Below, piece after piece: positions 1-13,439 of a stretch of 64,000 nucleotides of DNA; position 1 is the first letter of the stretch, and each line of letters begins with the position of its first letter. Source of the stretch: Rhynchopus sp. YZ270_cl-10 (taxonomy: Eukaryota); assembly GCA_964035575.1 (NCBI GenBank), contig OZ037844.1, forward strand, positions 930,001-994,000, written 5' to 3'. The notes under the pieces are model-generated. The model was not told the DNA's origin. It searched no databases and saw only the letters and a program-made list of their open reading frames with translations. A program made the position numbers and the translations under genes.

Positions 1-1
1 A

Positions 2-454
2 TCGAGGAAAGCAAAGCACCGCAATGTCCGTTTCAGTGAAATTCGTTGTTAATGAAGAGAGCCACGACAAAAGCGCTTTTTGAACTGCCGCAAGAGCGTC
101 CCAAGCGGAAACCGAATATGCCTTAGGGAGTTGAAGATGCTGTGCGAGAACCGCGTCATACGCAAGCATACAAACCAAGGCGCTCTGCAACGACCGTTTC
201 GTCGCATTACGCACCACAGTGTGTAAATGCTGTGCGCAAATCGTCAGTTGATCGCCCCCAATCGGCTGCCCAGTACCATTCTCCCATAACACAACTACCA
301 CCGACAGTGGACCCCCTATCGGCGCCTCTGCACCCGCCTCCGTGCTCCCCACCCTCGCAATGCACTGCGTCAACGCTGTACACCACTTCCCCACAATCTC
401 CTCTTCTGACGCGCGAGACACAGCCTGGAGCATCGCTTCGCCTAAAGTCGCCAT
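2..454 (-). CDS. 5' part of a hypothetical protein gene (continues beyond window start)
   Basis: Manual translation from ATG at 454 (MATLGEAMLQAVSRASEEEIVGKW...) stays open for 151 codons to the window edge. It is preceded on the minus strand by a long polypyrimidine tract and an AG. It is absent from the ORF track because the stop lies outside the window. Confidence 0.7.
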   Translation of the reverse strand, partial: MATLGEAMLQAVSRASEEEIVGKWCTALTQCIARVGSTEAGAEAPIGGPLSVVVVLWENGTGQPIGGDQLTICAQHLHTVVRNATKRSLQSALVCMLAYDAVLAQHLQLPKAYSVSAWDALAAVQKALLSWLSSLTTNFTETDIAVLCFPR

Positions 455-482
455 GTTGTCTCACCTCCCCCACCCCCCCACC

Positions 483-575
483 TCAGTGGGTGGAAACCGA
501 AAAAAGAGAAGGGGGTTAGAGGGAAAGGGAGAGGGGAAAGGGGAGGGGAGGGGAGGGGAGGAGAACAGCCTGTGG
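483..575 (-). promoter_or_regulatory. Polypyrimidine tract and AG, putative (trans-)splice acceptor
   Basis: About 60 nt of almost pure C/T on the minus strand (plus strand gaaaaagagaagggg...ggggaggag), then CACTGAG about 30 nt before the ATG at 454. Confidence 0.5.
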
Positions 576-1805
576 AAGAAGGGTGTTTGAAAAATGTTTG
601 TTTTGAAAGTGCTTTTTTTGTGTGGGGGTGTGCTGGGTAATTCATTGTGAAATGTGGTGAAAATGGGTGTGTTAATGTACCCCCAGGACTCCCCATTGTG
701 CTCTGCTTATTTTTTGACTAAGTTAGACGTGAAGTCAGAGAGGAAGGACGTGGTACTTTTGCAAGATGAGAGTACTATACCTTCTTTCTAAGGAAGAAGA
801 GGGTACGGTAGGGGAGTTTGGAAATGTGTTTTGTTATGTTTTTGAAAGTGCGTTGTGCTCTGTTTAATTTTGCTTGATAGTTTTGTTGACATGGAGTTGG
901 AAAGGAAGGACGCGTTACTGTGTATGAGATTACGACTTATCCTCTTTCTCAGGGTTTGGGTAGAGGATGGGGAAGCTAAAAAAAAATGTCGCTTTTTTTT
1001 AGTAGTGTTTGCAAAGGAAAGAAAGGATGGGAAGAGAAGAGTGAAGAGAGGGAGAAGGGGTGGGGGGATGGGGAAGGTATGTTGTGTGTTGTGGAAAAAA
1101 AAAGGTGGAGTTGAAATACAAAGCCCTCTGGCTCTACCGGGGGTGGACACCCCAACCATGCAGTCCTACATCCGATAATAAAAAGGTGAAGCTGATAGTG
1201 CAAAAACGCCTTAAGACGAAGGCAGTGACACTCCACGGGGTATCGAACCCCCGGAGTGTTGCGCTTGGGGGGGGGGGAGGGGAAGCGTTTGCTTATTTTC
1301 AAAATAAATAAAATTTGGCTGTATTTCGTTGGCACACACTCCCCGAGGATGTGTCCTTTACCAACCCCCACACCCCCTCTTTTTTGTCAAATATATCACC
1401 TACCTCGGTAGGTCTCGTACAGAGCGTCGCCCAGAGGGGTGGTGTGCTCAACAAGGTTTTGATTTTTGCTTTTTTTTTGCTTTTTTTTTGCTTTTTGTTG
1501 CTTTGATATGAAAACGGTCAGCCACCATCGCAAGGGTGGTCTGTGTACACCCTTTTTGTCTAAGGGGAGAGGAGAGGGGGAGAGGATGGGGGGTCGTACA
1601 TTCTGGTCTGTCATTTTTATTTTTTATTTTTGATTTAAATTTCACTAATTGTTCGAATAGGCGGAGTTGCCTCTTTTGGACCCAGCGCCATTTGCTGTAT
1701 TAGTTTTGTTGTTGTGTCGACCATCGCCTAAGACCCCACTTGGGGCTATTAGGTTTTTTTCCCTTTTTTGAAAACTTGGTATTAGTGTAGCCACCCTAGT
1801 CTCTA

Positions 1806-2164
1806 CATAGCGTGCACACGAGTCGTATTATCGGATACGATAATAATTATCGTATATTATCGCATACGATAATATTGGTGCTTCCCGGGGGGTATGCATT
1901 TCACAAATTTTCACAAATTTTCAATTCAATTCACAACTATTCACAACTTTTCACCACCCTTTTTTTCTTCGTTGGTGAAGCTTTTAAATGCCGGCATTTG
2001 CATTTCCGGAATCCGTCCGGCCAGACCATTATATACGATATTTTTTTTACACGGGGTTTCCACACATAATCGTGTAATCGATAATATGCGAGTCGTATGC
2101 GATAATCTTTGGCTCAGATCCCGAATACGATAATTACGGTAATACGACTCGTGTGCACACTATG
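1806..2164. mobile_element. MITE with CATAG...CTATG TIRs, containing a fragment of the TGGTG-family element
   Basis: CATAGCGTGCACACGAGTCGTATTA at left is inverted as TAATACGACTCGTGTGCACACTATG at right. Internal 1876-2025 matches the start of the 41769 element. No clear TSD. Confidence 0.65.
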
Positions 2165-5100
2165 CCTAGAGTGTGCTCCACTACATCCTTCTTTATTATT
2201 ATTGGGGCAATCTGTTCGATTCGTGTCCAAGATAGCACTCTCAAAAAAAAAATACTATATCTTGTGTAATATCGACGACCTTTCTCCACAACACACTGCC
2301 AAAAGAACAAAAAATAAGTTGATTTGAAATGCAAAGCCCCCAAGACTCTCATAATAGAGCACAGCCCTTCCCATCCCTAATATCCATTCTTCAAAAAGAA
2401 AGGGGGAAAAAGCGAAAATTTGCAATGGGGTAATCCAGGACCCCGTTTTCCGGGTGTCACCAAAAATCACAAAAAAGAATCAATTTTTTGGTGGTTTTTT
2501 GTGATTCGCTTTCTGTGATTGTTTTTTTTCTTCCGTCTTTTTTTTTTTTTGAAACACATTGAAACACACCTGGATTACCCCATGCTTATTTTTTTTAATA
2601 GTCACGATGGAAACCGCCTGGGGTTTAGTAATGAATTGTAGAAAAAAAAATCAGGTGTATCTTTTTTTGTTGTTGTTCACGGTGCACTCTTTCATTATCT
2701 GTTTTTGTCTGTACACTCAGAAGGACTTGGACCCTGTTGAAGGCTCTAAGAGTGTGGCGGAAATGAGACATCCCACCAAAGTAGCACAACTACAAAACTA
2801 AGCAAGAGACAGTACCGGTGGCGCGGCTACCGATAATTACCGTCAGCGTCACGCCTACCTCGGTAGGTTACAGTGAAAAAAAAACCTCCCTGTAAAAACG
2901 GGATGTGCCTCTCGTGCACACATCTTTCCCACTATCAAAAACAAACTAACTAACCGTTGCCACTGGCACCTATTGCACCGTGCCAGCGTATTTCCTTAGT
3001 TTACACCCTACACTCGGTGGTTCTAGATGAAATGAAAAGAGGGGGAGCGCTTTTTGAAATTGATTTTAGGTGAGGAGCATATCCAAAAAAGACTCTTTTT
3101 TTTTTGAACGTCAGACAATTATTTCCAGTAGGGTTTCTAGAGAGGGGTGTTTGAAAGTTTGTTTTGTTTTGCTTTGTTTTTGCTTTTGCTTTTGCTACTT
3201 TATTTTGTACTTTTTTATTTATTTGTTTGTTTACTTTTGCAGCATGACCAGGAATCTAGAGAGGGGTGGTCAGTAGTTATTTGTGGGTGTTGATGCATGC
3301 ATTGTACTATCAGAAACCATCAGAAGGAGATTTTTTTTTCTGGCAAATGCACCAGGAAAAAGAAAAGTTGAAAGGCGCAAACGCCTCACCGTTCATCGGC
3401 GGACGCAGACACTGGTTCTCCGCGGGTTATCGAACCCCCTAGAGAGCACTTCATTGGGTATGCAGACGGTTAAATGGCAAATGCACCAGGAAAAAAAAAA
3501 CAAAACTTTTGTTTAATTATAGACTACTATCACTAGATAGCAGCCATGGGTTTTTTTTCACAGGATCCTTAAAAGAGGCCCTTCTGGCAAATGCAGCAGA
3601 AAAAAACAAAAACAAAAACAACAAAAACAACAAAAACACACAAGCGAGAGGGGATGGTGTGGGGGGTACACACGACAGCACAACATACAGCATTATCTTC
3701 AACCTTCATAACCCCCTCCCCCTGATCCCCCCCTGATCCCTTCACACCCATATGCATCGCACGCCTGGTAAGGCTGTCTAGTAAAACATTTAAATGGCCT
3801 AAAATCATCGAAATTAGGCTTTTTTTTGGGGGGAGTCTTCACTCTTTTTTTGTACCGTTTTACCCAAAACACAACTGTGCACTGTGCATTCATCTGAACT
3901 GTGCCTACATTAGGTTCACCTTCGGCCCAAAAACGGTACACTTTTTGTTTGATAAACTGTTGGAGCAGTGTAGTTGTCTCGGGTTGTGTTTGCCACAGTT
4001 TTGTGTAATCTCCATTTTCCATTTTATTTTATTTTTGTGCATTTCGCGAGAAAAGTCCACCAAAAAAAGCTTGGGGGTTGTGGCTTACCAATGGGTAGCG
4101 AGAAACACCCGCGCATTGTCATGAAATACTTCTTTCACAGAGAAATAATGCATCACCACGTCGCCATACTGTTGTGTCGTTTACTTTTTTGTTTTGTATC
4201 AATGCAAATTGTGGAAATTTAAAAAAGGGGGAAAAAGAAGAAGAATAAAAACAGAAAAGGAAAGCATCTTTTTCTAACGGTAATAGAATTCTTTTGAAAA
4301 AAAAAGGGGGGGTGGGAGGGGGTGCTAATAATGATCGTGAGGCACCACCTCGCCGAGTTGAAAAGAAAAAGAGTTCAAATTGCCACAATAAACAGAATGG
4401 CAAAGATCTTTGGGGTGAGGGTAAAGGGGGGTTTGTAAGTTTTGTTTGTTTTGTTTTTTTTTTTGTTTTTTTTTTTGCTATTCTGTTTGTTTTGTATTGT
4501 ATTTCATTGTAGTACTTTGTAAATTGCGACAATGAGTAGAATGGCAAAGACCTTTGGGGCAAGGGTAAAGGGGAGATAAAGCCCTTTTTCTTCACAGAAG
4601 TGAAGTTTTTCATAACACCTTAGATCGTAAAAACAAGGTGCCGGTCATCAAAAAAGAAAAAAAATGAAAACAATTTTGTTTTGCTTTTTTTTCCCTGGAC
4701 AAAAGCCCGCTCGTGAACAGTGTACCTTGGTACATGACATGGTGTTCAACCTCCTTTAAAAAAAAATAAACACCACCAACACCGCCAAAAGTAAAAGGGA
4801 AGGAGTGTATGATGCAGGCACCTACCGACAACGATATCAGCCCACGATGAAAATCACAAAGGAAAAAAAAAAAGGGGGGGAAAAATTGAAGAAAAAGATG
4901 AAAATGCTCACAACATGCACACACATCTTCCTTTTAAATAATCCAAACCCGAACGGAACTGAAAGCCTTAACATACATCAAAAAACCCCCCCTCCTGACA
5001 GACGTAGATGGCGCATTTTCTCTGAAAAACCCCCCTTCTCTACCCACCCCACTCGCGCACATCTTTTTCTAGTCGTTTTCGTGTGGTATTATGTCCTCGT

Positions 5101-7156
5101 GTCTTTTTCTTTTTTCCCTAACACGCAGTGTATTAAGAAACTAGACAAAAAGAAAGCCAACGTTCAGATCTTGTATAACAGTATTTCCCCTTGATTCCTT
5201 TCACCTTTGCGCCAAACAGATTTTTACCCCTATTTGGCTGCGTTCAACGAAAAACACTGTTATATTTTTTATTGTTATCAAGATCAGTTGGCAGATGATA
5301 TCGTCTAGTTTCTGAAAACCTTTTTACCTTTCCTTTCGGGAACGGGGCAATGTACGGCCCTGGAAGCTCCAAGAAAATGGAGTCGGTGGGCTTAATAAGA
5401 AGTTACCTTTCCTAAATGTGCACACACAACTGGCAAAAAAGGGGAGAGGTGTCGTCACTCACCTCATTGAAATAGCATTGCTTACCAATGGTACACTCCA
5501 ATGTTGTTGGCCCCCTTTTTTCTTTTGTTTCTTTCAACATGGGAGAGAGGAGAACAATTGGTAAGACGCACCTAGCCTCCTGTACTCAAAAAAGATAAGC
5601 AAAGCTAAGGGGGTAACAACCCTGCGCAAGATTTTCGTTGATTGCTCAATTACCCTGTTTGAGGGGTGATTGGCGACCGTATCTGAGGAACTATTTCTCC
5701 TTTAAGCTACGCTTGTAGGAATAAAAAAAGAATAGAGGTAGAAAAGTGGCAATTATTGCAGGCAAGATCCCCCTCCCCATCCCTCCCGTCTCAGTACTTA
5801 GCAATGAATGCAAAACAAAAAAAAGCGCAAAACAAAAAAGTGACGTTGCTAAAATGGAAGCACATCCCAACGGATGTAGCCAAAAAAAGATGAATTTATA
5901 AGATGACCCCCTTCCCTCTGTCTTAATCACCTTCAAAAGGAAAACGGCAAGAAATTTTTCCCTTTTTTTCGTACTCATATCTTTTCAAGACTGTACTTGG
6001 GAGCGCTCGATCAAGGAAAACCCCCCATAAGGCCCGCTCAGCGAAGGAAACACCGTAGCATGGCACCACTGTTATAGACGGCCCCTTTTCAACAGAATCC
6101 ACTGCACCGCCACCACTCACCCCCAACCTCCTTCCACAGAGAAAGTCAAATAGTTTGATCCACCCTTCGCAGTAGGTCGCTAAATGAAGAAGTACCCTTT
6201 TTTAAAATCTGCAACAAAAACGGCCTGGTCAGAACCCCTTATTTCCTCAGAACACCGCCACTCTATAGACACAGTAAGGCTTGCAATGTGATGTCTCTGA
6301 ATACATAGAGCCGGCTGCGGTGGGAGATGAGTGTTAGAGCTCCAAGGAGGTGAAGTCCTTCTGGCCGGTGGGCTTGGTAGGATGCTCGCAGAAGGCCATC
6401 TTTGGCATTGCTGGTGCACTGCCGTCCCCTTCCTCTTCGCCTGCTGCGTTGTTGTCGGTTCGTATCGCATACCGGATGCCTTTGTCAACCCGCGTGTCCT
6501 CCTCCTCATCAGCTTTGCATTGCACGCATCCCATTACTGGGGGAGCATGCACGGTGTGGTTCCCCTGTGATGCAGATGGTGTGGAGTATAAAAAAAAAAA
6601 TTGAAGTACAAAAAGTGAAACAGTGTTCCGGATATAATTGGCTGTGGGGTGGATACCCAACCATACAGTTCGTGGTTTACATCTGATATGTACTCCCGCT
6701 TCCACTCAGATGAGCGGGGCTCATTGCGAACACAGGGGGCATGAATCCTGTGATGTAGGGTCTGGTTGGGTCAAAAAAAAGAGGTAGAGAAACTAAATCT
6801 GAAACCCAACTCTCTGTATCATCCCCTAAGATTCAGGTCTCTTTTTTTTGGTTTCGTATTTTGTGGGGAAAGCGACGGAGAGGGGGGCGAGGGGAGGGCA
6901 AAATGATAAAACTATGTCGCTCTATGTGCACAACTCTGCTCAGAACATAAACCAAATAGCAAGCTTCATCGGTGGTGCTCCGGTCCCTGGTGAGTTTCAG
7001 GCTTCTGCGTTTCAGGCTCCGATGACTCAAGGAACTCGCCACGTAGTGGAACTGAACATCAAAATTGTGCAGAAGAAAAACTGACCCTACTACGAGTCTC
7101 CCAACCCCAGCCATAAAATAAAGTCAAACAGTATCATGAGAGCATAAAACAAAGTG

Positions 7157-7497
7157 CACAGTACACAGTATACACAGTATACACAGTATACACAGTATAC
7201 ACAGTATACACAGTATACACAGTATACACAGTATACACAGTATACACAGTATACACAGTATACACAGTATACACAGTATACACAGTATACACAGTATACA
7301 CAGTATACACAGTATACACAGTATACACAGTATACACAGTATACACAGTATACACAGTATACACAGTATACACAGTATACACAGTATACACAGTATACAC
7401 AGTATACACAGTATACACAGTATACACAGTATACACAGTATACACAGTATACACAGTATACACAGTATACACAGTATACACAGTATACACAGTACAG
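7157..7497 (+). repeat. (CAGTATACA)n microsatellite, about 37 units
   Basis: Pure 9-bp tandem array. Its right flank (cagctggccaaaa...gtatgcctacaa) is shared with the array at 43716. Confidence 0.97.
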
Positions 7498-7663
7498 CTG
7501 GCCAAAAGAAAAAAGGTCGAAAACCACTTTTTTTGTCAGTTTCGTGACATCCCAGCCAGTTCCGGCCTCGGTCTGTCAAATATGTGCCTCTGTATGCCTA
7601 CAAAATAGAGGTATAAAAAAAAAATAAAAAAAAACCAAAAAAAAAGAGACGAGAGTGAATACC

Positions 7664-7697
<34 letters not shown>

Positions 7698-7919
7698 TAC
7701 CCCTAACCAGGGTTCTAGGTCCAAATAAAAAAAACGGAAACGGAAAAGGTGCTGCAAAAAAAATTTTTCCGCGCTGCGCGCGGAAAATGTACCACCCCAC
7801 AACAGCCTCAAAAAATGATTACTCCAACGACAATGATGCTACCCATCCAAGAATGGGTGGCACGAAAGAATCGTGCGCTTATCAGTAACCTCAGTACATT
7901 TACAAAAAGAAACGACGCT

Positions 7920-8250
7920 CATGGCACCCAAAGGTTCGTGGCGAAGCCACGGTACGCAACATTTCTAAAATGTTGGCATAGAATAGCACTTTCGTTGGTA
8001 ATTATCGTCATTTTCCGTAAATTTTGCTTCCGTATTTTGCTAAAACGAAAGTTTCTGGCGAAGCCACGGTACGCAACATTTCAAAAAAAATCACTTAAAA
8101 TTGCACATTTTTACTGACAAACTATGTCATGGGAAAGGGTGGGTTGCAATCTTGCGCCGCAGGCGCACGGTACGCTACTTTTTTGCTTTCGCTTCGCTGC
8201 ATGCTTCCTTTTCCTTCGGCGTTTGACCACTTGAGTCGAGTTCTCCCACG
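7920..8250 (-). repeat. Dispersed repeat containing CGCCTGCGGCGC and GCGTACCGTGGCTTCGCC motifs (other copies near 28990-29330 and 42645-42790)
   Basis: Reverse-complement similarity to 28990-29330 read directly from the sequence. Confidence 0.7.
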
Positions 8251-8816
8251 GTGTGCCCTTGAGCCCCCTCGGGTTACGCGAGCGCTTTCCTTCTGAATGC
8301 GAGCATTTTTGTATGGGAAATTGAGATTTTGGGTAGCAAAAAATTCTGTTGTGAGCTGAGTGTAGGAGGGACCCCCGTTACTGGGATTTTTTTCTTTGGG
8401 GGGATCCAAAAAAACCCCCCCCCCCCAAAAAAAAAAAATCCGAATTTAACGGAAAAGGTGCCGCACCTTTTCCGTTCCCTATACCTAGGACCCTGCCCTA
8501 ACCGATTCCCCGTGTTTCTACCGGTTTACCCCCAGTAACCGCTGCCACACCAAAATATAAAAAGAATCTTTTGATTTTTGTTGTAGGATCTGTACTCAAT
8601 GTCATTTTTTTTTTTTTTTCAAATAAAAGGTAGGGTACAGCTGCGGTCCCCAACTTAGATTACTTCAATAAAAATAGTTACCGTACTAGGAGCCATTCTG
8701 GGTCGTAACTATTTTGCGACAGAAATATTCTGGGACGGAACAAAACTGGGACACTTGGGATTATTATTGGGGTGTCCCAGTTTTACACCGTCCCAGAAAT
8801 GGTTCCCAGTACGGTA

Positions 8817-9100
8817 TTTCGTTTATCGTGTGGAGCAAAGAAACCCAAAGAAAACATGCAAGACGAATGTACCTCATTGTGCACACACATCTTACCACAC
8901 AAAAATGGGGATGGGCAACATACGTTGCCTTCTTTTCTCCCTTTTTTGCATCTCGTTTTCAAGATCGGAACCTGCAGCGTCTTTTCCAGAGTGCTGGCAA
9001 GCTCGACACAGGGTGTATGATGGGTATAGCTGGAAGAAACATAAAGGAACAGACACTTAAAATATGATAAGGAAAACAAAGTGAGAAAAAGGCGCACTTC
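8817..9100. repeat. Block of the duplicated cyclase unit (also near 38442, 45987 and 59386)
   Basis: The sequence ttcgtttatcg...gagcaaagaaacccaaagaaaacatgcaagacgaatgtacctcattgtgcacacacatc recurs four times, each time downstream of a cyclase paralogue. Confidence 0.85.
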
Positions 9101-10006
9101 TTGAGCCAGCGGATGTGTCCTCACTATTCTGTTACGTTGTGTTTTTAATTAATTTTGTTGACCACAGCCATTTAGCAAGCATGCAGTCTCTTTATACGCG
9201 GTAATTTCTGTTTTCTTTCCTGTGGAATTCACTGAACCACCCATATCCTATATCACATCGTTGATTATTCTTTCCCTGCGTTGACTGCAGGAAAGTTCGC
9301 GAAACTATCGCGACCAGGGCTTTCTGGTAATGGCTTGAGGGGGAAGAATAAAAAGGAAAGATAGTAAGGACACATAAAGTTCTTGGCTTTCACGATGTTC
9401 ACAAAAACAAACTCCTGCCTAGGACATCCAAATCAAAGAAAAAAGTGAAGTTGATAGTGCAAACGCCTCAGGGACGCAGGCACTGACACTCCGTGGGTTA
9501 TCGAACCCCGGAGTGTTGCGCTTGGGAGTGGTTTACAGGGAAGCTGTAAGCAGGTATACATCCAAATCAAAGAAAAAAAATTGGTTGAGTATCAGAGAGG
9601 ACTGCTTTTTTGAAAAAGGGGTTCACAAAAAGTTTTAACACGCCACTAACTTTATACCGAAATAGCGCGTTATTATTATCGCACGTTCGAAGAAGAAAAA
9701 AAAAAAAAGAAAAAAAAAAAACTGGAACGCCTTTTCGCATGCGCGTTCCAGTTTTTCGAACGCGCGTTTTTTTTTTTCCTTCCCCATTTTTGCGAATCAG
9801 GCCTTTTGCTAACCATCATGCCACGTTTTTGTGGCGTTTTTTATTTTTTTGATAAATTGTTGGAGTAGTGTAGTTGCCTCGGTTGTGTTGCCACAGTTGT
9901 GCAATCCCCACTGTCTGTTTTTTTTCCATCATGCCACAGGGGGTGATAGGGCAGGGCTTTCGCTCTCCATCACCTGGGGATTTCCCCCCCCCCCCCCCCC
10001 CCCCAG

Positions 10007-10645
10007 CAGGTGTAGCCATAAGTCGGGGATCGATCCCCGGGCCAAAATTCCCAGATTTTCCCCCTAACAAACTGCGTGGGAAATGCTGCCTTAGCAATAT
10101 TAGATTTAAGGATCAATTTGAATCCTGGGCCGGAACACGGATTTGGATTCAGAGGATCCCAATCTTTCCAATAACGACATTTTCTGGGGGTGGAAAAATA
10201 CCCTGCTTTCTTGCGTGGGGGTTGGGCCAAAAAAATATAGGCACCCGAACAATCCCCAGTGTATACTGTGTATACTGTGTGCGGAAATTGACCAAAAACG
10301 AGAACTTGTCCATTTCGGCAAATTGACCCCACCACTGGCCGGACGGATTCCGGAAATGCAAATGCAAGTGTTTTCGGTGTGAACTGTGTGTACTCTATGT
10401 ACTGTGCGCTACCACAGCACAGGACCTCATAAGCTCTCAGTAAGCTCTCACAGGCTCTCACAAGGTTAACACCTTGCGCTTTCAGCGGTGGGTCGCGATT
10501 TTTTTCACAGTGTGCAAACGAACAGATTTTTGACATTTTTTTACCGTTTTCCTGATTTTTCCTCATAAAACCCCCCCCTAAATTAAGCCGGGGATCGGGG
10601 ATCGGGGATCGCGGGTTTTGACCCCCCTAGTTACGGCTACACCTG
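10007..10645. mobile_element. hAT-like MITE
   Basis: TIR CAGGTGTAGCC / GGCTACACCTG, with an exact 8-bp TSD CCCCCCAG on both sides. Confidence 0.8.
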
Positions 10646-12183
10646 CCCCCCAGATGGCATGATGGCACCTTAAAATATTTCTGCTGCGCTCGCGGAGGTA
10701 TACCTCAAAAAAATATTTCCGCTCGCTTCGCTCGCGCTGTGCGCTATTTTCTTCCTGCCTACGGTGCCATTTTACAATGTCTAAGGGGATTCCCCTGCAT
10801 TTTGCAGCCAAAAATGAAACTTGACCCAAGCTGCAAAAATTTGACCATTTTTACTTCAAAGTGACCCAACCGTTGCAACAGCCCCTGCTTCTGGAAGACG
10901 TATTGATTTTGTACGATTGGTGGGCGTAAGGCGCAAGACCAAGCACCGTTAATAAAGGATTAGATTCCGTTTCTTTGTTATCTCGCAAAGCTGACCCTTC
11001 GCCTCTCCACCCTGTGGCTGGCAGGGAGGCGCTCGCTTTCACCAGGTAGGAAAGCTCGGAATGTACTTTTTTCCCAGGAAATTATTTTTTTGACCATCAT
11101 GCCATTCAAGGGGGAAATCCCAAAGTTAGCAAAAGGCCTGTTTGCGAATGTCAGTATCCACACTGCACCAAACAACCGCACAGTGACAAAGCACTGCACG
11201 GTTGCTGGCCGGATCTGTTAGTAAGAATAAGTAGAGTGGAAGCAGAACGAACCTAAACTGTGGTGTGGGTGTGAGGGGTACGGGGCGAGGGGTAACGGTG
11301 CTGGGGGAGGGGGAGGGGTGGTTTGTATGGCCCCAGAAGGGCGAAGATGATATCCTCTGGGACGCAAGCACTGCCGTATGTACAAATTGAGATACTGGCA
11401 ACGAGTGGCTCTTGACAAGAAAACTTGAACAAGACCTGGGTCCACGTTGGGCCAAGGGGCGTGACTCTTGACACTGTACAACAATTTTTTTTCGCCTGCG
11501 GCGCCATAAGTTCCTGAGGCAGAGTGTGACGCACCCTCTCCTCTGCGGGTGCCGAGCTGTTGAGGAATGCATTCTCGCTGCACAAAGAGGAAAGCGCTGT
11601 CGTCCTGGATGAATCGCAATTAGATTCCCTTAGTGAGCAGCAACGTGCGAAGAGCAACGTGGAAACAGCCAGGGCTTGACTGTGAAGCCCTAGGTTCGTT
11701 TCGCTTTCACGCGCGCGGCATGTTTGTTTCGTCTTTTTTAGGTGTTTTTTTGACGGGGTGGGGAGATAAGGATAGAGGGAGGTAGGGTTGGTTGAGGGGG
11801 GATATCGCGTATTGAACCCCTAGGGCTCCGTTTTCCCAGACCGTGAGACCGCGAAAAAAGCAAAAATAAAAACTGATGTCTGAGTTTTAGCGAGTCTGAT
11901 AAAAAAAGAAACGCAATCAGAAAATAAAAACTGTTATCTGAGTTTGAGCTAGTCTGATAAAGAAAGAAACGAAATCAGAAAAAGAATTTTTCGTTGATCG
12001 CACCGGATTTTTGTGGAGTGTGTAGGGACAAAATCAAAAACTTTTCTGTGGATAAGTTGTGTCGTGTAGACATCGCTCACTCCAAAAATTCGGGCACAAC
12101 TCAGATATGTTTTCATTTCCTCCCCTTGCAAGGCAGTTGTTACAAAAACAAAATACACACGAGGGTTCTGCTCACAACGATGG

Positions 12184-13272
12184 AAAACAAAGAAAAGTTT
12201 ATAAGATGATCCTAAGCCTCTCGTGCTTAGTCACCTTATCATATTCGTTATCGCACAGCTTCAGCTGCGCTGGCTTCTACAAGTTTGTTGTCAGGGATGA
12301 TGTCATTTCCCCAGCCGGAGTTCGTAATTTTGGCACGTACGATGACGTGTTCGAGCATGTGCATAGTGTAGCGCGGGTACGTAAAAACTGGGCGACGGTC
12401 GTAGCCTATAAGTCCGGGTGCGCCAATGGACCGGAGGCCCCGTGAGGAGGAGATGGCAGATGCGGGAAATGGGTTTTGGATCCCAAGAGCTTTGCACAGG
12501 CGGTGAAGCTTGTTGAGCAATGTGCGCAAGGCAGAGGCCCGTTCTCTAATGTTAGAGGTTGGCCGGAGAACGTAGATCCTGTGGAAAATTTCCAAGTCAA
12601 TGGCAAGTTCCACGCATGTCACAGGCAGGTTGGCGGTGCTCCATTTCAGGGAGGAGGCCCATTGGAGCATTCGCTTCAGTTCGTGGCGCTTCTGCTTGCA
12701 TCTCGGATCATCGTCCTTCCCAAAGAAAGGGGCGAGCTGCCGGTAGATGGCCTCCTGGTATGGGGGCGCATCGAACACTTCAAAGTCCATACGCCATGGG
12801 TGGCGTGCAGGCGCTGTGGTCGTCCGCGAGGACAGGTGATCATCTACTGCGGTGGTGACGTCCAGCAGGTATCTCTGCGTGTCGACGACGACTTGCTTGG
12901 GCGTGTTCGTGGGAGCTATGCCATGCATAGCCAGGCAACTCGGGGTGTTCGGGCCGATCCTGTCGAGGAGAGGGCGGTGCGCTTCCTTCACGTTAGCAGA
13001 CACAGTGTGCGGGCAAGTCCACAGCAGGTGCTTCGCCAGCCCGGAGGTTGGTGTGAGGCATAAGGGGCACTGATTCACTTCGAGGTGTATGCCACCTCTC
13101 TTTGTTGACTCGTAGAGGCACAGCACCGTAGGGTGCGCGTAGAGTATCCCATCGCAGATGATACGGCGGAGGCGGTAAGCTAGCAGGGGGTGGGACCACT
13201 GCAATTGGTCGTGCAGGTACGTGGTGTCGGCGAGGTTGACGCCGTGTTGAGCGCCGTCGTAAGTCGGTCTGT
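12184..13272 (-). mobile_element. 5'-truncated non-LTR retrotransposon (LINE, possibly Ingi/I-like) 3' fragment
   Basis: GC-rich open frame 12248-13276 with a post-RT cysteine motif CPLC-x9-H-x4-C (CPLCLTPTSGLAKHLLWTCPH). The same 3' terminus recurs as a short copy at 52465-52608. Confidence 0.7.
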
Positions 13273-13439
13273 CCAAAACAAAATATAACTTTTATCATAA
13301 AGCGCCTCTCGTGCACTGCCTGCCTGACGGTGAAAGCATCTCAGGACAGTGAAAGAAAGCACGAAAAAGCGGAAAGTTGACGCAATCCCTGCACCAAATA
13401 GAAGCCTGTGGATGGCGACATGTTCTGCCTGTTGCAGTG

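Noticed and set aside
1228..1265. tRNA gene
   Set aside because: Only a T-arm-like hairpin; no cloverleaf or anticodon arm.
5923..6560. Coding-like minus-strand stretch
   Set aside because: Broken by stops and frame changes with no recognisable motif; possibly a decayed pseudogene, but I cannot support a call.
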